20,888 nucleotides of DNA from positions 1-20,888 of the forward strand of contig NW_021823875.1 of the NCBI RefSeq assembly GCF_006345805.1. Reading direction: 5' to 3'. This DNA comes from Octopus sinensis. Taxonomy: Eukaryota. Shown piece by piece: positions 1-10,187 of this stretch. Under the pieces are notes generated by a model. That model saw only the letters and a list, made by a program, of their open reading frames with translations. It searched no databases and was not told where the DNA came from. A program made the translations under genes and the position numbers. Position 1 is the first letter of the stretch. Each line of letters starts with the position of its first letter.

Positions 1-1360
1 TCGAAAATTCCTTTCCACCCAGTTTAGCAATTCTGTTTTCAATGTCAATGAGTGTTTTGTTATAGATTTCATTGCTGATACCCTGCATGTCAGGATAGAG
101 CAGTTGAGCTTGGCGCTGAAAGTCTTCAGCCAGGTTGTCAATATATTTGAACCATAGAGTGGCCGGATCACACAGTTCGCATGCCTGTAGTAATACTGCA
201 AATAGTGCCCTGAGACTTTTAGGTGATTGTGATAAAGCAGCCTCTCCTAAAGTAGCATCCCATTGTGCACCATCTTCTAACAGACCTTGTCGATAGCAGG
301 TTTCTCAGTATGTTGTGCAGACATGTCCATGAACATGTCCATGACCTCAAGAAGTAGTAGACGAAGGTAGAAGCACTCTTGTTGAGTGGGATGCACTGTG
401 TATACTCGCCCAAAGCAAATAGGAAACTTAATGCCAGGGTATCCATGAACATTTTACCTGCTTTCCGTGGGGCCATTTTTTTCCATTCCAAGTGTAGTAC
501 GATGGAATCTGTGGATACAGCAAAGTTTGAGCGAATGGATCCTCTTGACAAAGCTTGAAGAATGCAGTGAATGTACTATCCCTTAGTTCTTCTGCCAACA
601 GGGAAGCATTAGCATCGGTGAAGTACACTCTTTGACCATTTTCCAGGTGCACTGCAAGCTGTTGAATGGCGGGGTGTCGTTGGTGAATTGGAAAGCCAAA
701 GATGCGCCAGAAAACCTCGTTGCTACTTATGTACAGTCCCACCTGATAATGCGTCACCTCATCCTGGCAGTATTCTTGTTGAAGTCAAACATTGCTGCAT
801 CGGAACCCTTGTTTACATATTTGCAAACGTACTTGATGAATTTAACGTAGTTGGAAAACTCAGCGTTGATGTGGGCATTGAAAGTCTTTGACAGGGGTGG
901 GCAGTATGGAACAATCCCTCTATTATCAATATCGTGCTGTCCGATAGTTGCTGTGAAACCTCCGTCTTCTGGTTTTCTGCGTCTATATGATGGATATCCA
1001 TCAGCACCTGTCTGAGTTTCTTGTAGGAACCTCCTTGGAAATCCTTTTGAACATATGCTGTCCTTCAATCATAGTGTGTTTATATTGAATCCACGCCCAC
1101 ATGGACCATGTACCATGTTTTCTTTAACTATTTCGTATAGTTCTTTGTCTAAAGCTGGATCAGGAAGCTCTGCAGAGATTATCTTGTCAATGTCATTGGA
1201 ATTGATCTTCGCTGAGAGCCAAAGCAGGATATGAGCATGTGGAAGGCCCCTTTTTGCCACTCGATTGTGTACATGTCACATTGTATGGGCCGACAGACTT
1301 GCCCTTTTTGAATGAGCTCCATGAGAGAGATTAACTTCAGATGGAAAACTCGGGCGTTGA
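1..1360 (-). pseudogene. Helitron RepHel fragment (Rep/HUH domain and inter-domain region), frameshifted; Pif1 helicase would lie left of the window
   Basis: Manual minus-strand translation across frameshifts: ARVFHLKL..MYTIEWQK/RGLPHAHILLWL (HUH motif), MVHGPCG, CSKGFPRRF..GYPSYRRR, DIDNRGIVPYCP..FNAHIN, KYVCKYVNKGSD (catalytic YxxKY), ISSNEVFWRIFGFPIH..LAVHLENGQRVYF, TAFFKLCQEDPFAQTLLYPQIPSYYTW, WDATLGEA..SPKSLRALFAVLL..DPATLW..LAEDF. Several frame changes and stops. Confidence 0.95.
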
Positions 1361-1490
1361 GATTCCGGTTCGAATGTAAGGCAGGTTTGAAAGTGTTCCC
1401 AAAAGTTATTAGTTATAGTGGTAAAGTGTTTATGCTGAATATGTACGTATGCAAGTATATATATGTATGTATGCTTGTATATATGTACAA

Positions 1491-1616
1491 AATCCACTGA
1501 GAAGGCCTATGTTGGTCTGAGGCTACAGCAGAAGACACATGCCAAGTCACCACACAGTGGCACTGAACCCAGGACCATGTGTTTGGAACGTAGTTTGTTA
1601 CCACACAGCCACACCT
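1491..1616 (-). mobile_element. Degenerate tRNA-derived SINE, 5' part
   Basis: Reverse strand reads TGGCTGTGTGG (A box) ... GGTTCAGTGCC (B box) ... TGTCTTCTGCTGTAGCCTCAG; same family as 5347-5496 and 9751-10187. Confidence 0.8.
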
Positions 1617-1689
1617 TCCCCTATGTATGTGTGTCCGTATGTGTGTGCGTATGAGTGTATGGGTAGATATATTATGCATGTATATATGT

Positions 1690-2666
1690 ATATATATATA
1701 TGTGTACATATTACATGTACATCTATATATATATACATCTACACATAAAATACAAAATACAAAGTTATATCTTGATATCGCTATTGATAACAATACTCAA
1801 AATATATAACAGACTGGAATTGTAGGCCTGTCTCTTGCAATTTCGATCAATTGGATCTTGTCCTCCCTCTTGTATAGAAGTGTACGGCTGTAGCGAAATT
1901 CCTTTTTGGACTTTCTTCTATCGAAGGCATTTTAACAAAAATACTTCGGTAAGAACGGTGAAAATAATGTCAATTTCCCCAAACAGGGACAAAATTCAAT
2001 TTTTAAACAATAACCAAAGCCCCTTCTCCGAAAAGGGGAGGGTTAAGGTTTACAATTATTTAACAAATGCAACGCAACAACGTTTCCCTGACGAGGAACC
2101 AACAAACGTGATTACAATAGTCAAACAGTAATAATAATAACAACAAACCTTTTAATTTTATCCTCATTTATGTGAAACCACTTATTCAAGTTCCTGTCAT
2201 TGATGCAATTTTATACGAATTGCTAATACAAACACACACATAATAAGGGTGAAAAATTGAATATTAATTTGATTAATATGAATTGAAAACCAGTGGTGTA
2301 GCATATAAGACCATAGCGGATCTTCTTCTAGAAAAAAGGTTGACCACTATTAATGGTTCATCCCTGTTATATAATTCTTTCACTTTAATAGTTTCAGTAT
2401 TATAATAAAAGTATCTGCATTACAAAACAGAGACGTCTTTGTTTCCCTTTTAACACGTAATACTGAAATAGTAGAGAAGATATGATATTGCTGTGGGGTC
2501 ACCCTGGGGAAAAAGTTAAGATTGTTTTGCCGATGACTCTCCCCGGACCTTAAGTAAGGCATGTGTAAAATTTGAATGGAATTGGTTGTGTTGTTCTCAA
2601 GTTTTTGGGAAACACACAGAAAGACAGACAGACAGACACATATTCTCAGTTTTATATATATAGAGA
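1690..2666 (-). mobile_element. Helitron copy A, 5' non-coding segment (may continue into the RepHel at 1360)
   Basis: Minus strand starts A|TCTCTATATATATAAAACTGAGAA followed by (TGTC)n. Blockwise near-identical to copy B (1700-1885~2750-2935; 1909-2148~3324-3566; 2408-2666~3962-4359). No CTAG/hairpin end before the RepHel. Confidence 0.7.
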
Positions 2667-2690
2667 TAACACATAATATATATTATAATA

Positions 2691-4359
2691 CTAGCATTAT
2701 GACCCGTCGTTGCACGGTCATAGTGCTAGTACATGTATATATGTGTATATATATGTGTCCATATTACATGTACATTTATATATATACATCTAGACATAAA
2801 ATACAAAATACAAAGTTACATCTTGATATCGCTAGTGATAACAATACTCAAAATATATAACAGACTGGAATTGTAGGCCCGTCTCTTGCAATTTCGATCA
2901 AATGTATCTTGACCTCCCTCTTGTATAGAAGTGTGGCTACAATCTAGCCTACCGCTACTTCTGGAGGGGGGGGGACATTCTAAATTTTTATCCGGGAGGT
3001 CCTACGTCCCAGTTATAAAGGTAAAAATAAAGTATTTCCACTTTGCAAGGTTCGAGTCGAGTTCTCCCTTGCACGCTCTGTTGACTCAAACCTTGCTTTT
3101 ATTGTGGCGAATTTACCGCCTCTAGTTAGATATCTTTCAGACACTTTTAGACACTTTTCGATGGTGCTTTCCTCCAGTATTCAAATCTTTTTTCTCTACA
3201 TTGTATACTTTATAGACAATAGTCTTTTCTTTAAATTAATTTCGTATTTCGTTTGGTGGTGTTATCCTAGATACACCGTCTTTGTCGGTGATCAATCTGT
3301 ATTTCTTCCATTTTAATTTCAATGACTTTCTTCTATCGAAGGCATTCTAACAAAAATGCTTCCGTGTAAACGGTGAAAATATTGTCAATTTCCCCAGACA
3401 GGGACACAATTCAATTTTTAAACAATAACCAAAGCTCCTTCTCCCAAAGGGGGAGGACTACAGTTTACAATTATTTAACAAATGCAACACAACAATGTTT
3501 CCTTTACGAGGAACCAACAAACGTGATAACAATAGTTAAACAGTAATAATAATAACAACAAACCTTACGATGAATCAGAAAGTAGTAAGCAGTTGAAGCT
3601 TTAGTCCTTTATGTATAAGAAATAAACCAACAGCAGTACTCTGTAGGAGCGGCTGTTCCAGAAAACAGATATTACATACAGCCAAACTTCATATAGATAC
3701 TTAATGCTAGCTAATTTAGCAGATAATCTAATGTAAAAGCACAGCTTCATCTGCACTATTCTATTTCTGCACGCTAATTTTATTTTTAATTTATTCCCAT
3801 TCATGTGAAACCACTTATTCAAGTTCAAGTCATTGATGCAATTTTATACCAATTACTATTTTTACTTTTGTTATGTTACGATAATATTATACTTTAGTTT
3901 GATTTTAATTATTAATTACTACATATAATTCAATGGTTATTATTATTTTTATTGTTAAAGTGAAAGTATCTGACATAAAATAGAGAAATGTTTTTGTTTC
4001 ACTTTTAACACGTAATACTGAAATAGTGGAGAAGATATGATATTGCTATGGGCTCGCCCTAGGCAAGAAGTTGACCTTTTTTGCCCATGAAACTACATGG
4101 ACCCTAAGTAAGGCATGTGTAAATTTTGAATGACATTGGTTGTGTAGTTCTCAAGTTTTAGGGAATCGTAGTGGAGAAGATATGATATTGCTGTGGGGTC
4201 GCCCTAGGGAAAATTTAAGATTTTTTGCCGATGACACTCCCTGTACCCTAAGTAAGACATGTGAAGATTTGAATGAAATTGGTTGTGTAGTTCTCAAGTT
4301 TTAGGGAAACACACACACAGACAGACAGACACACATTCTAAGTTTTATATATAGAGAGA
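2691..4359 (-). mobile_element. Non-autonomous Helitron copy B, about 1.67 kb, both termini present
   Basis: 5' A|TC at 4360/4359 followed by (TA)n and (TGTC)n; 3' GC-rich hairpin then CTAG|T at 2694-2690. Sits between A and T with no TSD, as expected for a Helitron. Confidence 0.8.
4024..4309. repeat. Two tandem diverged copies of a ~145 bp unit inside Helitron B
   Basis: TAGTGGAGAAGATATGATATTGCT...GTAGTTCTCAAGTTTTAGGGAA at ~4024-4165 and ~4169-4309; single copy in Helitron A (~2468-2612). Confidence 0.9.
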
Positions 4360-4394
4360 TACATCTGTAAATGTAATATGTGACAAGTATTCGG

Positions 4395-4462
4395 TAGCCA
4401 AGATAAAACTCCGAGTTTCGGATGCCGAGGTGGAATTCCACGCTACCATCTATTCAGTTATC
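4395..4462 (-). ncRNA. Degenerate type I hammerhead-ribozyme-like motif within an inverted-repeat element (4375-4500)
   Basis: Minus strand: GAUAA CUGAAUA GAUG..CAUC C GAAA CUCGGAG UU UUAUC. Stems I and II and near-palindromic stem III present; core position 8 is U instead of G. Confidence 0.5.
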
Positions 4463-5346
4463 CGTTGGCCGAATGACTAAAGAGATGGTGGCGTGGATTT
4501 TAGTGGAGTAATTAGTAACTGACGAAATGACTCTATCTGTCTGTATGTATGTCTGACTGTCTGTCTGTCTCTCTCTCCCCATGCGTTATTTGAACTTACA
4601 GTAGAATATAAAGATGTTTCAAATAAAAACAAAACATATTGTATTAAGAAACCACATTTATTTCTTCGTTAATAAAAGTTAAAGATTATATTGAAAATTA
4701 GTAGTGAAAATTGGCAGTTAGAAAATATCTATAGAATTACAAATCAAACCATATGATGTTAGATTTTGTGAGTTACAGAAAATAAGAAGGTTTAAAGTAC
4801 ATTGCGATTTATAAAGTGTCTAAGTTTCGTAGTGTTGTATTGATAGATAAAAATGAAGTTCTCTTTTATGCAAGCATGTTTAATGTAATATAAGAAGAAA
4901 AGAAGATTCTCAAAGACATTAATTTTTTATATTCTTAATTATGTTCTCTTCTATGCTGTTCCAACATCTGTTTTATTACCAGAACTTGAACCTGGAAATA
5001 CAATGAGAAAAACTTCTATGAAATAAAGTAAAGTAACCCAAGCCCTTATGTTTTATATATAACCCCAATTGTCATCTGCTATTTCCCCATACGTTAAACA
5101 TATGAATTACAGAAGAATCATACACAATTTATATTAAAAAAAACTAATAAAACTTTTAATAAAATGTTGTAGTGCGAAACAATTGTACCAAATTACCGGA
5201 GTCATTCTTGTTGCTTATTTTTTATTATAATCACTCCGCAAATTTTTATGGATAACACCATACAAAATTCTGGTGCATCTAAATTAAGTACCATATTCAT
5301 TTGAATCTAAATTGTTGCTGAATTTATAAATATATATAAATATATA

Positions 5347-5496
5347 CGATAGGCTTCTTTCAGTTTCCGTCTACCAAATCCACTCACAAGGCTTTGGTCG
5401 GCCCGAGGCTATAGTAGAAGACACTTTCCCAGGGACTGAACCCGGAACCATGTGGTTGGTAAGCAAGTTACGTACCACACAGCCACCCCTGCGCCT
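5347..5496 (-). mobile_element. tRNA-derived SINE, 5' part with small internal deletion
   Basis: Minus: GGCGCAGGGGTGGCTGTGTGG (A box) ... GGTTCAGTCCC (B box) ... GTGTCTTCTACTATAGCCTCGGGCCGACCAAAGCCTTGTGAGTGGATTTGGTAGACGGAAACTGAAAGAAG, matching 9751-9910. Confidence 0.9.
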
Positions 5497-5964
5497 ATGT
5501 TAAATTTATATACATTGAATTTGTGTGGATGTGATGTAAAAGAAGCGTATCGTAACCGGGATGAGATATAAAACACCAAGTGCATTATCTCTTGCAATCA
5601 TACAGTAGGTGTCGATGGTTATAATTATAATTCCCTGTAATCAAGAAACAAGAGATGATAGTAAAATGCATAGAAAACAGATAGACTAATTATGTATATA
5701 TATATAATACTTTTTGACAGTTATATATATTCTTTTTAAAAAAATAATAATAATTTAAAAATTTATTAATTCAAAATTATAAAAATATTTAAAAAATATA
5801 AATATTTATAAATATAAATTAAAAATTTTAAATTTAAATAATTTAAGTTTTAAATTTTATATTTTATATATTTTGTACAATATATTAATTATGTTTAGTT
5901 TTATGTTTGGTTTATGTTTTTCATTGTTTGATTTGCCTACTAGTGGTTTTATCTCTAATTTAAT

Positions 5965-6420
5965 TTATATATATATATATATATAATATGTATGTATGTA
6001 TGTGCCTGTATATGTATGTATGTATGTGTGCGTGCATGTATGTATGTATATATGTACGTATGTATGTGCGTGTATATATATATATGTATGTATGTATGTA
6101 TATATGTATATATGTATGTATGTATATATGTATATATGTATGTATGTATATATGTATATATGTACGTATGTATATATGAATGTATGTATCTATGTATATA
6201 TGTATATATGTATGTATATATGTATGTATGTATGTATATGCGTGTATATGTATCCATGTATGTATGCATGCATGCATGTATGTATGTATGTACGTATGTA
6301 TGTGCGTGTATATGTATGTATGTATGTATGTATATATGTATATATGTATGTATATATGTATGTATGTATATATGTATGTATGTATGTGTATATGTATATA
6401 TGTACGTATGTATGTGCGTG

Positions 6421-6452
<32 letters not shown>

Positions 6453-6467
6453 TAAATGTATGTATGT
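5965..6467. repeat. Compound (TA)n/(TATG)n microsatellite
   Basis: About 500 bp of TATG/TATATG units; source of the six MYVC/HTYI ORFs. Confidence 0.97.
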
Positions 6468-9218
6468 CAGGTCACCTTTGAGTGCTACTGGTAACATGTA
6501 ACCCAGTACAACCTGTTGCATGGTCGGGTCGTCGGCGACCAAACCGGCAACCCCACCAAGCTTGCTTAGTGAGGAGGGTATTTATTGGACACCCTGCGGG
6601 ATGAAAAACAAAACCCGTCAAAGGGCGAAGGACCTCTTGAGAGTCAACGGCCATCCAATAAATGTTAGCACGGGTACGTAGAAATTCCGGGGTGGTGTCC
6701 GGCGTGCCGAAAGACCACTGGGAGTGAGGTGCCCCTCAGCTTTTGTTAAAGCACGTCTCAAGGAGAAGGTCACTCTGATATAAAACCAGATATGCAGGGA
6801 ATGGCATTGAACATTTTGAGGATCTTTGGTTTGTGCTAGAGATCACGGCGCTCCCACATCCCTGAGCCTGCGACACATATTGGCACCAGACATCTTGCTC
6901 CGGCTTGTCTCTGGATAATGTCAATAGAGAGGAGAGGGTCTATGAGGTGTTGTGCAAGCCTTATTGGACCTAAAACTCTGCACAGGCATTGCCGACCTTT
7001 TTTTTTTCCTATATATATCTATCCTTTTTTAGTATATATTTTCTTCATTTTTAGTATATATATATATTTTTTTTTTATTCGGAAGTCCTGCGGCGATGGG
7101 AAGGTGGTGAAGCATGCAGACCTGACGGGTTGGAAGCATGTAGTCAGCGACCTGCACGTAGGCGGCCCATGCTAGATATAAAGTCGTCTCTTTTTCGCCC
7201 AAGACAGCGGTAGGATTCGGTTGCTGCATGGGTGTCTGAGCAGCTCCATTTGGAGAGGGCACTGCTCACCCGGAGACCGGGGAGCTTCTAGAAAAGGTGA
7301 ACCAAAAATTGCCTGTCTTTCCATATCTGGTCAGTTTAGCGCAACTGACGGATGTCCACTCTGCGCTCGAAAAACAAAGAGTCTTTTATCTATAAAATCT
7401 GGACGGAACTTAAACATTTCATGTTGGAATGTGCGTACTCTGTTGGACAACAAGAATGATTGCAGGCCTGAAACACGCACTGCACTTGTCGCTCGTGAGC
7501 TGAACCGTTATAAAATTGATATAGCTGCACTCTCAGAGACTCGTATAGAAGGTGATGGTCAGCTTGAGGAAGTAGGAGGCGGACACACCTTTTTTTGGAA
7601 AGGAAGGCAGAAGGAGGAGCGCAGAGAGGCTGGTGTTGGTTTTGCAGTCCGATCTGATATCCTGAAGAAGTTGGAAGAGCTCCCTGTTCCTATAAATGAA
7701 CGTATAATGACCCTACGGTTGCACTTGAAAGGTAAGCGGTTTGCTACTCTCATAAGTGCCTATGCACCTACTTTGACTAGCTGTGATGAAGATAAAATAA
7801 TCTTTTATACCCAGCTGAAAGCCATACTTAGAAAAATCCCCAATTCTGATAAAGTCATTCTACTGGGGGATTTTAATGCCAGAGTAGGAACAGACTGGCA
7901 AACATGGAACTCTCTAGGACATTTTGGCGTAGGAAAAATGAATAACAATGGTCTCATGCTACTGGAGCTTTGCGAAGAACACGGACTTTATATTGCAAGT
8001 ACTCATTTTGTGCACAAAGGTGATCACACAACAACATGGATTCATCCAAGGTCAAAAGTTTGGCACTTGCTGGATTACGTCATCATCCGCAAGCGCGACA
8101 TTTATGACATTTGTAATGTCAAGTCATTGCATGGATCAGAATGCTGGACGGACCACAGTCTGGTGCGAGCAAAGTTCCGAATGGTGATTAGGGCGAAAGA
8201 GAGAAGAGGACCAGTCAGCATTCCTCGCCGTCTAAATGTCCACAAGGTATATGACGTTGTGGTTAGGAAAGAGCTTCAGACTCGCTTGTCCAGCATTGAA
8301 ACTGTTGCAGGATGGGAAGATTTTCGAGACCAGGTTGTTCAATGTGCAGCCGAAACATTGGGGTATGTTACTGCCAGACACAGAGTCTGGTTTGATGAGA
8401 ATGATGCTGAAATTCAACGACTATTAGTGGTGAATCACCATGCCCACAGTGTGTTGCTGCACAGAGAACTGTCTACTGTGCAGCGAAGTCTAGCACTTGC
8501 CCACTATTACAGTGTAAAATCACTGCTGCAGCATTCTCTCAGGAAGATGCAGAACACTTGGTGGGAGGATCTTGCTCGTGATGTTTAGGCTGCTGCTGAT
8601 GCAAATGACAGCAAGAAGCTTTACCATCTTATAAAGCGAGCTTATGGACCTAAGAGCTCCACATCAGCTCCTTTGCTTTCCCAGGAGTCTTCCACTCTGT
8701 TTACTAAATCAACAGAAATCACAGGTCGCTGGATCGAACACTTCTCTGAACTCCTAAACTATGAGTCAGTTGTGGATGAAACAGTGATTGAAACTATGAA
8801 ACAAAGACCTATCATTGACTCCTTAGACTCATCGCCATCAATACATGAAGTAATGACATCAATAAGTAAATTGAATCTTGGTAGGGCACCTGGAAAGGAT
8901 GGAATTTGTGCTGAGGTCTTTTGATTTGGTGGTAATTGCATCACACAGTCCCTTCATGAACTTATTAGTGCAGTCTGGAGGGATGATGCAATCCCTAAGG
9001 ACTGGAAGGATGCAATTATTCTTCCTCTATATAAAGGAAAAGGAGCCAGAACAATGTGTGGTAACTACAGAGGTATTGCTCTACTATCAGCTGCTGGCAA
9101 GGTTCTGGCAAATATTCTTCTTACCCGTCTGAATGGGTGTCTCGTAAATGATGTCCTATCTGAATCTCAATGTGGCTTCCGATCTGGTAGAGGGACAATG
9201 GATATGATTTGCACAGCA
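6468..9218 (+). mobile_element. RTE-clade non-LTR retrotransposon: long 5' leader, APE endonuclease and start of RT; 3' truncated
   Basis: GC-richer leader starts right after the TATG tract; single frame with RTE/BovB-type motifs (see ORF entry); ends abruptly at GFRSGRGTMDMICTA, before YADD. Confidence 0.9.
7221..9218 (+). pseudogene. RTE EN-RT ORF with two in-frame stops and no frameshifts
   Basis: WNVRTL, IAALSETR, GVGFAV, SAYAPT, LGDFNARVG, TWIHPRSKVWHLLDYVI, WTDHSLV (APE); RWIEHFSELLN, RAPGKDGI, IPKDWKDAIILPLYKGKG, NYRGIALLS, ESQCGFR (RT N-terminus). ORFs 7221, 8673 and 9054 share one frame; stops TAG 8586-8588 and TGA 8922-8924. Confidence 0.95.

Positions 9219-9272
<54 letters not shown>
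9219..9272. repeat. (TAC)18 microsatellite
   Basis: Perfect TAC run at the LINE / GPCR-exon junction. Confidence 0.97.
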
Positions 9273-9274
<2 letters not shown>

Positions 9275-9309
9275 TCACCACTACTAACAACAACAAATGT
9301 GATATGGAT

Positions 9310-9539
9310 TTTCCCAGTTCTCTTTGATTGTTCTGCTTCAACCAAAATTTCTTCCGGTGTGTCTATCATATCGTTGATACTAGGAAGTATGTTATTCAGT
9401 GTTATATTTGTGGACACATTCGATATCAATGGCACCATTTTCTCTTGAATGTCTACAGCCAAGTTAATATCTTCTGCTTTGAAATACACCGATTTCTCCG
9501 AAATGATGCGGAGGGCTTTTGAAGCCTCCTCAACATTTT
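9310..9539 (-). CDS. Adhesion-GPCR-like exon (GAIN subdomain A-like helices); 3' boundary uncertain
   Basis: Acceptor ttccattgcAG|AA at 9540/9539; phase 1 joins the upstream exon to give ..EDIGK-E-NVEEASKALRIISEKSVYFKAEDINLAVDIQEKM..NILPSINDMIDTPEEILVEAEQSKRTGK. No GT where the similarity fades (~9310). Confidence 0.75.
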
Positions 9540-9750
9540 CTGCAATGGAAAATTTAAGACGAAATTTAGGGAAATTTTCATTCGCATTCAAGATGCAAAT
9601 TAAGTCACATGACTATTAATGAATCAATGAAAATTAATAAACTACCCCGATTTCATATAGCACAGAGATTGCTAAACGTGTTCAGGTCATCAGCTGTTTA
9701 CTCATTGCTGTACATCGTTAGCACCTCCATCTTTGTAGAATTAACAGAAA

Positions 9751-9922
9751 CAGGAGTGGCTGTTTGGTAAGTAGCTTGTTTACCAACCACATGGTTCCCG
9801 GTTTAGTCCCACTGCGTGGCATCTTGGGCAAGTGTCTTCTGCTATAGCCCTGGGCCGACCAATGCCTTGTGAGTGGATTAGGTAGACGGAAACTGAAAGA
9901 AGTCCGTCGTATTTATGTATAC

Positions 9923-9957
<35 letters not shown>

Positions 9958-10187
9958 TGTGTCTGTATATGTTTGTGTTCCCCGCCCCCTCCAACATCCC
10001 TTGACAACCGATGCTGGTGTGTTTATGTCTCCGTTACTTAGCGGTTCGGCAAAAGAGACCGATAGAATAATTACTGGGCTTACAAAGAATAAGTCGCTGA
10101 GTCGAGTTGCTCGACTAAAAAGGCGGTGCTCCAGCATGGCCGCAGTCAAATGACTGAAACAAGTAAAAGAGTAAAAGAGTAAAGAGT
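9751..10187 (+). mobile_element. Near full-length tRNA-derived SINE with internal (TG)n and (GAGTAAAA)n tail
   Basis: A box TGGCTGTTTGG, B-box-like GGTTTAGTCCC, shared body, (TG)n ~9927-9954, 3' CAGCATGGCCGCAGTCAAATGACTGAAACAAGTAAAAGAGTAAAAGAG. Confidence 0.9.

Noticed and set aside
2087-2110. CTGACGAG hammerhead-like core
   Set aside because: No stem II plus GAAA follows, and the paralogous site in copy B reads TTTACGAG.
5690-5900. Nearly pure A/T low-complexity stretch
   Set aside because: No period or motif; may be a poorly resolved (TA)n consensus.
5955-6542. Long ORFs with MYVC/HTYI repeats (also 1413-1809, 11763-12190, 14765-15038)
   Set aside because: Translations of TATG/TA/CA microsatellites, open in several frames.
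6540-6640. Twister (GAGGAGGG) or HDV-like (GGGCGAAGG) ribozyme in the RTE leader
   Set aside because: No UAA/UCCCAAGC elements for twister and no P3/L3/P1.1 arrangement for HDV could be fitted by eye.
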